Of a stretch of 64,000 nt of DNA, positions 14,833-29,200 are shown one piece after another. The stretch comes from Blastocystis sp. Blastoise (lineage: Eukaryota > Protista > Bigyra: Opalinata): positions 558,001 through 622,000 of the forward strand of contig JBBPEB010000006.1 in the NCBI GenBank assembly GCA_039096225.1, in the 5' to 3' direction. Position 1 is the first letter of the stretch. Each line of letters begins with the position of its first letter. A program made the translations under genes and the position numbers. The notes below the pieces were generated by a model. The model did no database searches. It worked only from the letters and a program-made list of their open reading frames with translations, and was not told where the DNA came from.

Positions 14833-17824
14833 ACCCTGAGGCTTCTGCCGATCTTCGTCTTTGTATGGGATTATCATTTTATTATCTTAATAAATATGAC
14901 TATGTATATATATATATATATATATTTTTAATATCAATAATAATAATATATATATGAATTCTTTTTTTATTTTACCTATAAATAACTTACTTCTCCTTTA
15001 TAGGCACTTCTTTGTATTGATAGAGCTTTAGAAATAGATCCTTCAAATGCTTATGCATTTGTATTTAAATCTATATTATATAAGAATAGAGAAGATATTG
15101 ATATATTTTCACGTACACATGAAGCTATGAATTATTTAAAAGAAGCATATATACATAATCCTTCTTTACCTTTAACATTATATCATTTAGCTGAGCATTA
15201 TTTATATTCATGGAAACAAATACCAAATATTGCTGCTAAAATGGTTCCAAATAGTAATATTGTTTCAGTGGAAAAAGATCTCCGAGACACAATTAAACGT
15301 GGTGATTCAATTAAAATAGGTACAGAAATATATACTGTTAAAGATATCAATGAAAATAGTATTACCTTAAATACTGTTTTTATTGGAGAAACTGAAGAAG
15401 ATTCATTAGTTATATATACTCATGAATATAATTTAGTATTAGAATTATGTAATAGAGGTTTATCTTCAGAAAGTATAAGTAATAAAACAAAAGATGATAC
15501 TATAAATATGATTACTATAAATACTATGAATAAAACAAAGGATACTAATAATAATACTACTTCAATTGACCTTCTTTCTGGGGATATATATGAATTAATG
15601 GGAAGAGTATATATGTTATTAAATGATAAAAGTAATGCTAAAGAATATTTTGAATATTCACTTCAAAAAAATAAAAATAATATATTAGCAAAATTTGGAT
15701 TAGCTTTAATGTATATATATATATTGTTTTTATTTTTATTAAATTTATATTGTTTTTTTTTTCTTAGATATAATAAAAATAATTATTAATTATGATTTTT
15801 AATTAATTAATAATAATAATAATAATAATATTATATATATAGTTATTTAAATATTGCTTCTACAACCTCCAATAAAGGTCGTAAATTACGTTATCGTGCA
15901 GATGCGAAACGGTTATTACAGGAAGTACATCGAAGTGATACTAAATGTGTTGATTGTAGCTATCAAATATGCTTATTATATATTAAAGAAAATCAATTCA
16001 AATTAGCTAGACAAATTGTTCAAGAAATTATTGATGTATATAGATTTATTTTATTTATGAATATATTATTATTCTATTATGTTTTTATTATGATTTTATT
16101 ATAATTTTATTATTATATTATTATTATATTATTATTATATTATTATATTATTATTATATTATTATATTATTATATTATTATTATATTATTATTATATTAT
16201 TATTATATTATTATTATATTATTATTATATTATTATTATATTATTATTATATTATTATATTATTATTATATATATTTGAATACTATTTTTCTGTATATAT
16301 ATAGTTAGATGGTAGTTATATAAATGCATATATATTACGTGGTTATATATTACAGAATGAATCGAATATAAATGATAAGAAACAAGCATTGCGTGATTAT
16401 GAAGATGCAACTAAAATGAAATTATATAAAGGAGAAACAGTAGAAGCAGGAATATGGAATAATGTAGGTGTATTAAGATATATATTAGAGAAATATGAAG
16501 ATGCATTAACTGCTTTTCATGAATGTATAAAAATTAATAATATTAATCATAATAATACAAGTACTAATCCTGATGAATATATGTATACTAATTATAATAT
16601 TACTTATACTTATAATATTGCTTGTATTTATCGATCTATGTGCTTATTTGATAAATCAAAAGAAATATTTACAAAGATTATTAAAGCATTCCCTTTATAT
16701 TTAGAAGTATATATATGCTTAGGGAAAGAAGAAGAGAAAAGAGGTCGATATAAAGAAGCATCTGAATATTATGGTACTTGCGTTGGACTATGTGAACAAA
16801 ATATGCCGAAAAATGTATATATATATTGTTTTTTATTATTTATATTATTATTATTATTTATATTATTATTATTATTTTTTTAAATATATATATGTTGTAT
16901 TATTATTGTTTTTATTTTTTTAAATATATATATATATATTTTTATTATTGTTTTTATTTTTTTAAATATATATATGTTGTTTTATTATTTATAATATATT
17001 TCTTTTGATAATAAATTTTTCATATATTTTTTAACAGATTTTCATTTATTTTTTTATTAAAAATATATATATATTAAAAAATAAAAAAATGTATATATTA
17101 TTATTATCTATATATATATATATATAGTTTGATACTGCTCTTCCTACATTAGATCGTTATTATATAGATCATTGGACATCTGCTTTATCTCTACTTACGA
17201 ATATATATATTAATCAAAATAAATATGAACAAGGTTTATCTGTATTTAATCGTATATTTAGAAAATATTCTAATTATAAAGATGAATATATATCCTTACA
17301 ACAAGCTCAATTATTATATTTATGTACTTCTACTTCTTTATTAACGAATACTACTATTGATATACCTCAAGCTATGAATACTAAGAATTATCAAAAGATA
17401 TATACAGATATAATTGAAAGACATAATAATAATACTTTTGCTGCTAATGGATTAGGTGTCATTGCTGCAGAACAAAATAGACTGAATTTAGCTGATAGAA
17501 TCTTTAATTCTATACGTGAATGTGCTTATACGAATTTTGATAGTAGTATTAATTTAGGTACTGTTTGTATATATCAAAATGATTATAGTAATGCTATTCG
17601 TTTATTTGAAAGTATTAAAAAACAATCTACTTATTTCTGTGATAGTAATATTTATTTATTAACTGGATTTGCTTATTATTTAGCAAATCTTTTTAATGAT
17701 TCTATTCGTACATTACAAAAAGGATTATTTTTAGATCCAAGTGTATATATATTTGTTTATTTATTTTATTTATTAATTTATTTATTTATTTTATTTATTA
17801 TTTGATTATTTATTTATTTTAATA

Positions 17825-17866
<42 letters not shown>

Positions 17867-18823
17867 TTAGTTTTATGGTATGATCTTGCAATTTCTTCTG
17901 AAAGTAATTATATTTCTATTTTAAAGAAAGGTATTTATATATATATATTTATTATATATATATATATATTTATAATTAATGGTTACTATTTATTTTTAAC
18001 TATATATATATAAATATATAGGTCAACCTTTCCATCCAAAGCCTTTTGATTCTATAAAACAATATTATACATGTTGTAGAGGTAAAGAGAATAGTAGAGG
18101 TTGTAGAATCACAGGAAATTATACACGATTTGATATTGAACAAGCACAAAATTATTTGAATTTCTGTAATAGACTTTATCAAAAATTATCTTCTATTTCT
18201 ATTATTCCGTATATTTTATTATTATTATGTTTATTATTATATTTATTATTATATTTATTATTTTTATTAATATATATTATTATTATATTATTATTATATT
18301 ATTATTATATGGTTAATATTCTCTTATATATATATATATATATATAGTGTGGATAGAAAGAGTATTGAATCTCATATGGAATATTGTAAAGGACAAGATC
18401 CAGTATGTAAACAATATTTAGAACGTGAAATTCAAAAAGAACAAGCTTATAAAGATGTCATGAATAAAGCAAATATACCTGCAGTATATATAATTAATTA
18501 ATTAATATTTAATAATAATAATAATAATAATAATAGTAATTATTATTATTATTATATATATATATAGAATAGTATTACTGCACGTATGCTTGAAGAACAA
18601 GAGAAACAAAAAGAAAAAGAAAAAGAAGAATTAGAACGAACTAAAGCTATTGCAAATAGATATAAACAAGAATTAGGATCTATTATCGATCAATTAAAAT
18701 ATGTACCTCCTGAGAAAAAAGTTAAGAAATCTAAAAAGTATATATATAATATATATATATAATATATATATATATATAGGGCTATGGATGAATTCATTGA
18801 GCAGAATGATCAAAATGATATGG

Positions 18824-18905
<82 letters not shown>

Positions 18906-19436
18906 TATAATATATATATATAATATATATATAGTGGTCAGAGAATAGATGCTGAATTTGCTGATTCTGAGGATGAGTCTATTAATATAAATCATGAAAC
19001 CGAAAAGAAGCCAAAGAAGCGAGTTTATGATAGTGATGATGATGAAGAAGAAGAAGGAGAAAAGAAGAAGAAAAAACGTAATAGATTAAGAAGTAATCGT
19101 AATATTCAAGAAGATAAAGAAGATGAAGATGAAGATGAAGATGGATTTGAAATTGATAATGAAGAACAACCTACTTCTCATACTAATATAGAAACACAAG
19201 ATATTGAACATGTTAATGAAGATATTAATAATATATTTGAAGATGATGATGATCTTGATAATGAATTAAATGATACAAATGAAGAAGAAGAAGAAGAGAA
19301 AAAAGAAAAGGAAGGAACACAAATTAATACTATTTCAAATACAAATTCTTCAGATATTCAAACTACTTCTCAATCTACTAATAATGATAATAATAATAAT
19401 TTGGATGATCTTTTTGAAGATGATGAAGATTTATAA
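13750..19436 (+). CDS. CTR9: PAF1 complex subunit CTR9 (TPR protein), multi-exon
   Basis: N-terminus VEIFEDELPDDPKEIIGLMVNEMAPLKIWIQIAAEYWKQ, WNNVGVL, ITYTYNIA, NTFAANGLGVIAAE, LWYDLA, coiled coil and acidic tail all match CTR9. Confidence 0.9.
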
Positions 19437-19989
19437 TCAAATTTATTATATATATGTATATTATTTATTATTTTTCTAAAAAAAGATTTTTCTTTTTATA
19501 TTGAATATAGTATTGTTTTTAGATATATATATATTTGTATTTTTTTTTTATTGCTATTGAATTTAGCATGTTACTTTTTTTTTTATTTAAAACATATCTT
19601 CTTTTCCATATTCAATTGATTCTATGCATATATAAGCATTATCATTTTTATTACTGAATTATTCATATGTATTTGTTTTCTAATGGTTTCATTTTTATTT
19701 GTTTATGATTCGATTATAAATTCTTGAACTATATTATTACACTACTTTTATAAATAGAATTTAAACAAATCAAATATATAAATAATAATTGATCAATATA
19801 TTTATAATTTCACAATAATGGAAAAAAGAAAATTGAAAAAAAAAGATAAATATTAAAAAATGTATTTGTTTTATACTGATTTGAAATCAATATAAATATT
19901 AAAAAAAAAATAATGAAATAAAAATGATTAAATAAATAATAACAAAAATACTTTTTAATAGTTATACAAATAAAATAAGAATGAACTAG

Positions 19990-20775
19990 TTATACAAAAA
20001 TAGAACCCATTTTTGAAATAATAATATAAAAAATAGTAATAAAGATATCTATTAAAAATAGCTGAAAATAACGATAATTATATTTTCCTATACACTTTCC
20101 TAATGCATAACGTATGTAGAATTAATTAAACTATTCATAATAATAATAATAATAATAATAATTTGGTTAATAATAATCATATTTCAGATAATAATAATTT
20201 GGTTGATAATAATCATATTTCAGATAATAATAATAATAATAATAATAAGTATAATAATAATAATATAAAAAAGGATATAATGGTGATCTTCATTTAAAAC
20301 ACATAATCCACAATCTAAACAATGTTTTGCGTCATTTGATACATTACGATTACATTTAACACAAAAATGATAAAAAGAATCAATAGTATTATTTATTTCG
20401 ATATCATCAAAAACATATCCTGGATTTGTACATGAAGCAATGAATAGTAGTAAATTATATAAAGACCATAAGATAAATAAAAAATACTGATTCCAGAATG
20501 GTTGAGATATTCTATAGAATAATATCATTATTAAATTTAAAAAAAACAAAATTTAGTTAATTAAAAACTTACATGATATCATATATAAAATAAACATTAG
20601 TAATCAATGCAATAAGAAGTAAGTTCTGCCATTGAGGACCAAAACATATCATCATTTTTGAATCATTAAGAAACTATATGAATATAATAAATCTATTTTT
20701 TAAATATACATAAACATTTCCATATTTGATAAATTGTTCTTGAAACAAAGTAGATAAATTCTCCATGAGACTCAT
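19990..20775 (-). CDS. DHHC palmitoyltransferase (short)
   Basis: After splicing: FGPQW...TM, TM...SCTNPG...FCVKCNRNVSNDAKHCLDCGLCVLNEDHHCYALGKCIGKYNYRYFQLFL. The 3' end is uncertain. Confidence 0.85.
20112..20278 (-). other. AT-AC (U12-type) intron in DHHC gene
   Basis: GAT CAC CAT T|ATATCCTTTT...CTACATAC|GT TAT; perfect U12 5' site; splicing creates the Cys of DHHC. Confidence 0.92.
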
Positions 20776-22018
20776 TTATGAGCAATTACAAGACACGTTC
20801 TAATCTTTAATAAACTCTATTTCAAGTCTGTATAACTCCACTGTATCAAAGAATAGAAAAAAACACTAATAACAGAACGAAACAAGAGTATGAACTAAAT
20901 ACTTTGAAATCTTATTTAGGACAATTCCCATGTTAATTGTGTCATAATTACGCAAAAAATACATTTTTTTAAAAAAGGAATATAGGAACAAAGTATTATT
21001 TTCTTATTCTATATCATCCTATTAATTATGAATGACTGATAAAAAAGTGAAGGAAACAGTTGTGGTTCGATTAATGTTCTATTTCTTGGAAATATTAAAT
21101 ATTCAATGGAAATGAGTTGGTTCATTAGGGAGTATTCATGTAATTCAATGTAGTCAAAGATAAAATAAGTATTTATAAGGGTTCCACATAATAATAAAAT
21201 ATGAAAAAGTGTTTTTTGTGCTCATTTATGTTATATTACGTTCTATTTGTTGTTCAGATCATATGTGTTATCAAATAAAATTAGAATAAACCTCTGCTTG
21301 AAGAATGATCAAAGATTTAGTCACAAAAACATACTTTTTTAAGTAAGTTATTATTTTCTTTCATTCATATATCTATACAAGACTTAAAAGTAAAAACAGA
21401 ATTAATGAATCATTATATGATATATGAAATTATGTGTTTCATATAGAAAATGTACTTTGATCATGATTATTTTGCAATTTTTTAATATATGCTGTTAAAA
21501 GAATAAATAGGATTGAATTTATATATATACTATTTCTTAAACTAAATCATAGTTTTAAACGTGATTGAAAAGCAAATGATATGAAAATGATGAATTTATT
21601 TTGTGAATAATGATAAATACATGAGCGTGTTGACAAATATATATATACTATAAACTGGTAATTGATAATAAACGAATCAAAAATTGTTTCTAGATTTATA
21701 TATATATAATATTTATATTTAAAATGAAAAAAAAAAACTATAAATAAAGAATAATAAAGGAAAATACTATGTTAATATAAATAAAGAAAACAAAAAATAT
21801 AAAGGTTATATAGATTATACAATTTTTATAAGTTGAAATCTATAGAAAAGATAAAATAATATATATATAAATAATCTATAGTAGATATAATAAAATGTAT
21901 ATAAATAATATATAGTAGATATAATAAAATGTATAAATAATATATAGTAGATATAATAAAAAGAATATATATATAATATATAGTAGATATAATAAAAAGA
22001 ATATACTTATATAATAAT

Positions 22019-22849
22019 TTAGCATTTAGGTGAATGAAGAGATTGATCTTGGTCAAAAACAACAAAAGAAATACCTATTAACATTATAGCACCTCCGCTA
22101 AGCCATGTTAACGTTAATTTCTCATTATATATAAACCAGCCAGCAATTCCCTATAATGACAAGATAGAGAAGATAATATATATTATTTAGAATCAAAATA
22201 TAGTGGAAAATAATTATAAAAAATATAGTGGAAAATAATAATAAAAAATATAATAATAATAAAAAATATAATAATAATTAAAAAAATAATAATAATAAAA
22301 CATAATAATAAGAATAATAAAAATATAATAATAATAAAATACAATAATAATAATAAAATACAATAATAATAATAATAAAATGTAAATTGCTTACAGATAA
22401 TACAAAATTAAGACCAGTTGAAATAACAGTAGCAGTTAAAGATCCAATGATACCCATGGATTTGACATAAAATGTCATCGATAAGGAACTGAGTAAGATA
22501 TTAATAACAAAAGAAATCACTTGTAGAATACTTAAGAAAGTAGAATTAGACCATAGAGGAATACTGATGATTTGACTTAAAACTGACGTTACAGTCTTAG
22601 CTTCAACTGAAGACAGCTAAATAGACATGAAAAATATATAATGATTTATAAAAATAAATCATGCGAAGACATTCTATATACCTTTGCGAAGCAAGCACCT
22701 AATGATGAAAGAATACCTGCAATGAATCTATAGATGAGTCGAAAAAAAAATAATGGATTTGCTAAATAAATATACAATAAAACAAAAGGATTAGATTTAC
22801 GTTCAGCAACATCCTTCACATCAACAGTTATCTCATCTGTATGACTCAT
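22019..22849 (-). CDS. TMEM42-like small DMT-superfamily membrane protein
   Basis: AGILSSLGACFAKL...SMTFYVKSM...GSLTATVISTGLNFVLSGIAGWFIYNEKLTLTWLSGGAIMLIG; 4 exons. Confidence 0.7.
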
Positions 22850-23236
22850 ATTGATGTTTTTTTAAATTCTCAAAAAAAAAAAAAAAAAAAAAATCCTGTT
22901 TCGATTTTGGGCTGAATAAAATTTCAGATTTAGAAAATATCATTTATTTTTATGTATCTTTTGTTACGATCATGTTTTTTAGTTTGACTGTGTTATGTAT
23001 TTATATCTTCATAACATACTAATCAAAAATTTGTGTTTAACAAATTTAATTAATAACACAAAATTTTAATGTTAAAATAATAATTAATATATATGTTAAA
23101 CAGTGTAACAACCAAATATGATCGAGAACTAAACAAAATGGATAGCATGATTTATGAAAATAAAACAATAAATAATAAATCACGTATATATTCTAACAAG
23201 AATCATGATTTACAATAATAAGCAATAATTATATTT

Positions 23237-24498
23237 TTAAACAATAGGTTTAAGAAGTTGTTCAAATTCTTGAACATTTGTTTCTTTCTTCTTTAGCAAA
23301 TATTGATTAAAACAAATAAGTAATATACCAATAATATAGAATCCAATAAGAACATAGAAACCAAAGGTATGATCTAGATTTTCAAGCCAATTATGGAAAA
23401 TAGCAGTAAAAGTATAAATAGCCATATTAATAAAATAAATAACAGATACAGATAAACCACAATCTGTTTTAAATATATCAATAAGTAATGTTAAATAAAT
23501 AGGTGTTAATATAGAAGTAAAAACACCAGTAATAGCAAAAGGCCAATAACCATTTTCTTTAAGAAGCATACCCAATATATATAATACGATAAGTGCAATA
23601 AAAGAGGCAATAATAACAATAACGTGACCTATTCTATCAGATACATATCCAAAAATAAATAAAGATATACAATAGAATAAATAATAAAACGTTTTCCATC
23701 CATCAGCATTAAAATTACCAAAATCTTTTAAAAATATTTGTATATCAACAACAGAGCCTTCATCAGTAATAAGAACAAAAGGAAGTGTACAGCCCATAAT
23801 CCATATCATTGGAGTTTTTAATAAAGAAATAAAAGGAGATGTTTGTGATTTTGTTGTGATTACACCCTCTATATTGAAATCTAATAAGAAATTCCAAATT
23901 AAAAGAAGAATCATAAGAATAATTAAATATATATATCCTCCTTTATATCCAATATTAAATAAATTTATGAAAAATGTAGTTGTTGGAGCAGAGATAAATT
24001 CACCTAAGCCATTAAAGAAATAAAAAACACACATAAGAGTAGCAGAGAATTTTCCATTAAGAAGAGAACAAGCACCAACAAAAACTACATTTTGCAATGT
24101 GGTGAGACCACCCCAATTAAGTACACATCCTATATAGTAGAAGAAACTGTTTGAAGGAAACATTAAAATAATGAAAGCAAGTAATAAGCATCCAAAAGGA
24201 ACACAAACTGTCCAACGTAATCCATAGTACTTCAATACAAAACAAACACCAATACAAAGTAAAAAGGAAACATATGCAGTAATTTGATTGTGTTCAAATC
24301 CACCTTCAGTTGTAGCAAGACCAAGAAGAATTCTATGATAACCCTCGAAGATACCTGCAAATACATGAAGACAATAATAAAAGAGAATTAACATAACCTT
24401 CTTAATGTTCTCTTTTTTCTGAGTTGAATCTTGAACAACAGCCTTACTATATATATATTAATCATTATGGTAATATTAAAATTATTATACTTTTCCAT
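23237..24498 (-). CDS. MFS transporter (~12 TM), substrate unknown
   Basis: 385-aa hydrophobic ORF with GYVSDRIG motif A; an 8-nt first coding exon (ATG GAA AA) splices in frame. Confidence 0.8.
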
Positions 24499-26205
24499 AT
24501 TTATTAAATATTAATGAAAATATATGGAAATATAATGGAATGAGAGAAAAAATCTCCAAGATTTGTGCTAATGACGAAGATAGACTGAATAAAAATCAGT
24601 ATGTTGCTGAATATGAATGAAACGTAACAATAATAAACAGGCAAATAGAAAAACGATATTTAATTTTGAATGGGAACAATTATATAGTTTTACTTAATCG
24701 CTATTATGTTATTATGTATAACGAAATAAACTAGAATAATAATGATTATTGTTAGTCACATGGATCACAAATTATGACGCAAACAGGTTTAAATAGATGA
24801 GTCATTTCTTTTTCTTTTTTATGGTGTTTTTTTTAAGGTTGAAAATGTGAATTATTTATAAGATTTACTCAAAAAGAGAATTATATAGTATTCAATAAAA
24901 AGAATTACCTTGTTAAGGATGAAAATTAGATAAACATCTCCTTATTGTGTTCACATCACATTTACGAAAATTATTCATATATATGTGTATATCAAGCTAT
25001 CAACAAAATGAGTGGTCATGAGTGTGAAAAACAATGACTTGCTTATTAACGAGATTCCGAAACTTTTGTTGATATGTGATTTGATTTTCTTGGTTATCCT
25101 TTTTATTCAATTAAAGAGTCTTAATTATATATCTATTGAATGCTTGTGAATAAAAATAAATATTTATTTCTAATTCAATTAAAAGAATTTGAAATGAAAA
25201 AGACTATCTTTTACTTTTTCAATGTGTTTTAAGTTATATATGTTTTATTAACGATAAGAACAACATAAGTAAATTTATAGACTATAAGAGATATGTCTGC
25301 ATAATATATAATTCTTTTTGTTTATGAGAAAGATAACAAACATAATTAATTATGTTTGTATAGTAGTTTCTCTCTAATAATATTTATACTATTTTTTAAT
25401 GAAATATATAATATATATATAAATAAAAGTAAACTTCACGAACTAAGCAATGAATATAAACGAAGAATTAATTAATAGTAACGATAAGAATAGATATTAT
25501 CAAGAAAGAGAATCATAAGATATATCTATGGATTTTGTTATAAAATAAAATAGTGAGGAAAGAAAAAGAAGGATAATAATAGTATTATTGTATATTATAA
25601 ATCAAAATGTATACTAATAATAGTTTTTAAAATTAAATAGAAATATCAATGGAAAAAAAAATATAATAAAAGAACAATATACATAAGTATCAGAATATAA
25701 TTAAATAATACATAATATTATCAACAACAATAAAATAAAGAATGGAGCACTTATATAAAGGTATAGAGTGGCATATAAAAAAAAGATATAAAAAACAGTT
25801 TCCTCAATAAAGCATAAAATAAAATAAAGAATTGTAGTATATAAACTGAATTAAAAAAATAGATCTATTAATTATAAATATAGAATAAAAAGGTGATATA
25901 ATTCATATATTCTAGAAATACATAATGGTTATATAAATTATAAATTAAAGTATGAATTTCAATAGGCTTTTGTGATTATATAAATGAAGAGAAATATTAA
26001 ATATGTATAATATATATATATAAATAAATATGTAGAAAAATCATATAGGTATCACATGTAATATTAATATATAATAACTATTCATACATATAACTATTTT
26101 TTAAATTTTTAAGTAAATATATATATATATATATAGAAAAAATTGAAAAACTAATTATATATAAGATTAATGAAAAATTATTATATAATATAAAAAACAG
26201 ATAAA

Positions 26206-29200
26206 TTACATAAAACATTCTATGCTAGAGAATTTGAATTGAATACTCTTAGAGAGAATTTCTTTTAATAATATTAAATTTACTAAATTAGAAGGTGTAC
26301 TGTGATCAATTTCTGTAGGGAAAGCAATATTATAAGAAATAGAAATGATATTACCCATATTATATGTATTTGTTAATAGAGAATTTAATTGTAATTGAGT
26401 AATAGGGGAAGTTGTAGACATTAATATAGATCTATATATAGTAATAAATGTATCAGGATTAATCCATGATAATTCAATACCATCAAAAGATATTTTTATT
26501 TGATAAACTTCACTGAATAGTATATCTCTTGTCAAGATAGATATTAAATTATAGTCTAGTTTATTCTGCTTACAGAATAAAGTATCAAAATGCTTGAAAT
26601 CATTATTAATAGTTAATATTTCATAATATATATTTAATTTAATTAAATTACTATCATCATATTGACAATATCCTTCGTTTGTAGTAGTAATACTATTTGT
26701 AAGTGATGATTCAGGATAAAATAGAGAAGTAGGTGATGAAGTAATAGTATTTATATATAATTGTGGTTTTGAAGAAGAATACATATCTATACTTGAACCA
26801 TAATATGCATGAAGGAAAAAAGAATTAATGGACTATATATATAATATTATATAAAATGAATAATATAGAATAATATACATCATCACCAGTTATATAATCT
26901 GTGGTTAGAAGAAGATCTGTAAGTTGATATTTAAAAGTATTTACAAATGTTCTTGCTAAAGATTCTAATAACGAATAAATATCGTCAATAGTTGTCTTTA
27001 GTTTCATAGAATAATCTAATGTTTCCAAAGCTTTTCCAGGAATAGAAACAGGTTTAGGATCTATATAATGATAATAATAATAAATACATATAATAAACAT
27101 TTTAAACATAATAATAAACATTATAAACATAATAATAAACATTATAAGCATTTTAAACATAATAATAAACATTATAAACATAATAACATACAACAAAGAT
27201 CTTTATTAATATCATTAGACCAAGTAGGTGTATTATTTATATAATCACATAATACTTGATAATAACCATATTGATTTTCATTAGTACAATTAGCAACTGC
27301 AATCATTCCAACTTTAGTATCAGGATATATAGAAGAATCAATAGTAATAGTAGTACATATTGCATCCTTAGAAACACATTGATTCTTATATACAAATTCA
27401 TTCTTATTACAAAGAGTACATAAATAATTATTACCTTTAAATGAAGTTACATAACCATTTATACATTCTTCACATTCATTACCATTATAATAAGCAGTAC
27501 CTGTACATATAGTATTACCCGTATATATACATTCATTAGTATTAGGTTCTTCCCAAGTTGAATAATAATTACAATAACGTGTATAGCTACCTTCATAATA
27601 TTGAGGACAAGGAATAGTTGCTATTGATTCATCATTCGTTTGTGGCCATAATCCATCTCTTTCACAAAATGGTTCTTTCACTATTACTGATATTTCTGAT
27701 AATTTTGTATCAATACCATTATTCTTATAATACACAGTATATGTAGTATTATCAGAGATAGTTGTAGGAATACCCGATATCTTTTGATCATCAGTATATA
27801 ATGTAATACCATTAGGAAGAGAAGAAACATGAATATCTACATCTACACCATCAATAGTATAATATTGTTCATATTTACGACCTTTTACCATTATAATAGA
27901 TGTTTCTTTCATATAGAATACAGAAGGATTTATCTTTATACAATCATTATCACCAATAATCTCTTCTAAAAGTGAGAGATTACAATATCGTTTAGAATTA
28001 CTAGTATGTCCTTTAGGGCATATTTTATATGAATATGCTTTATTTGGTGAAAACGTCCATCCATTATATTTACATGTAATAAAATCTTTAGAAAAGAGAC
28101 TTAAATCACTTAAAACAACTTTATTACCATTATTTTCAGTAATACTATCATCAATACCACATTCTGTTATACGCAGACGATATGAATTATAACTATATAT
28201 ATTAGTAGGTAATTCATAGTTCTTATTATATCCAGTTGAACTTAATCCTGTTTGCGAATCTAATTGAAACCATGTATTCCCATGATTATTAGATCCTTCT
28301 AGAACAAAAGATATAGGCCTATAAGATGAACTCAGTTGATTACGTGATCGAATAATATATTTATTGATATTATAGATTGCTTCATTATTAAAGGTAACAT
28401 TGAATATAGAATTTACACATTCACGATTAATAATAGTATATGTATTTGTATTATCATCAAATAAATTACTTAATGGATAATCTGGGTCTATTTCACCATT
28501 TACGAACCATTCACCATCAAAAGAATTAATATCGGAAACATATTCTATTTTAATATTAACATTTTCATTTGATTCTAATATAGTTTTATATTTATGAATT
28601 TCAATAGCAATAACATTATCTCCAACAAAAATAATATTAGGATCAATTAAAATATTTATAATTGATTCAAATGATTTATAATGATTATATTCAGAAGTAG
28701 CTAATGTATTATAACTAACTTTAGTACTATCCTCCATATTCACTCTTCTTATTTCTATTCCATTTATATATATAATCATACCAGCATAGGTAGATACTGT
28801 TATATTTAAGTATGAGATATAGACTGGCATACTATCTATAGTATAGTGTACTTTATAATATTGAGTAATACTATCACTAGGAACATCAGGAAGAGAAGAA
28901 GAAGAAGGAACAGTAGACCATAGATTATCATTAAATAAATTAGTATTCCAATGTTTAGGAGGAGTTATATTATCATAAGAATATATAATAGGCATTAAAG
29001 AAGAATCAACAAATTGTTCTAAAGTGAATTGACAAGAAAAAAAAATTAATTTTTGATACAATTTATTATTAATATATATATAAGAAGTAGTAGTTGATGA
29101 ACTTGTCGACTTATACAAATAAACAGAATAATATCCAGGAACGAGACATAAATTATAATCTTCTGATCCTTCTTGACGTTTATGGGATATAGCATACATA

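Noticed and set aside
21840-22010. ~30-bp AT-rich tandem repeats (also ~27110-27190 and ~59780-59960)
   Set aside because: Low-complexity minisatellites typical of slippage in this genome; no unique spacers.
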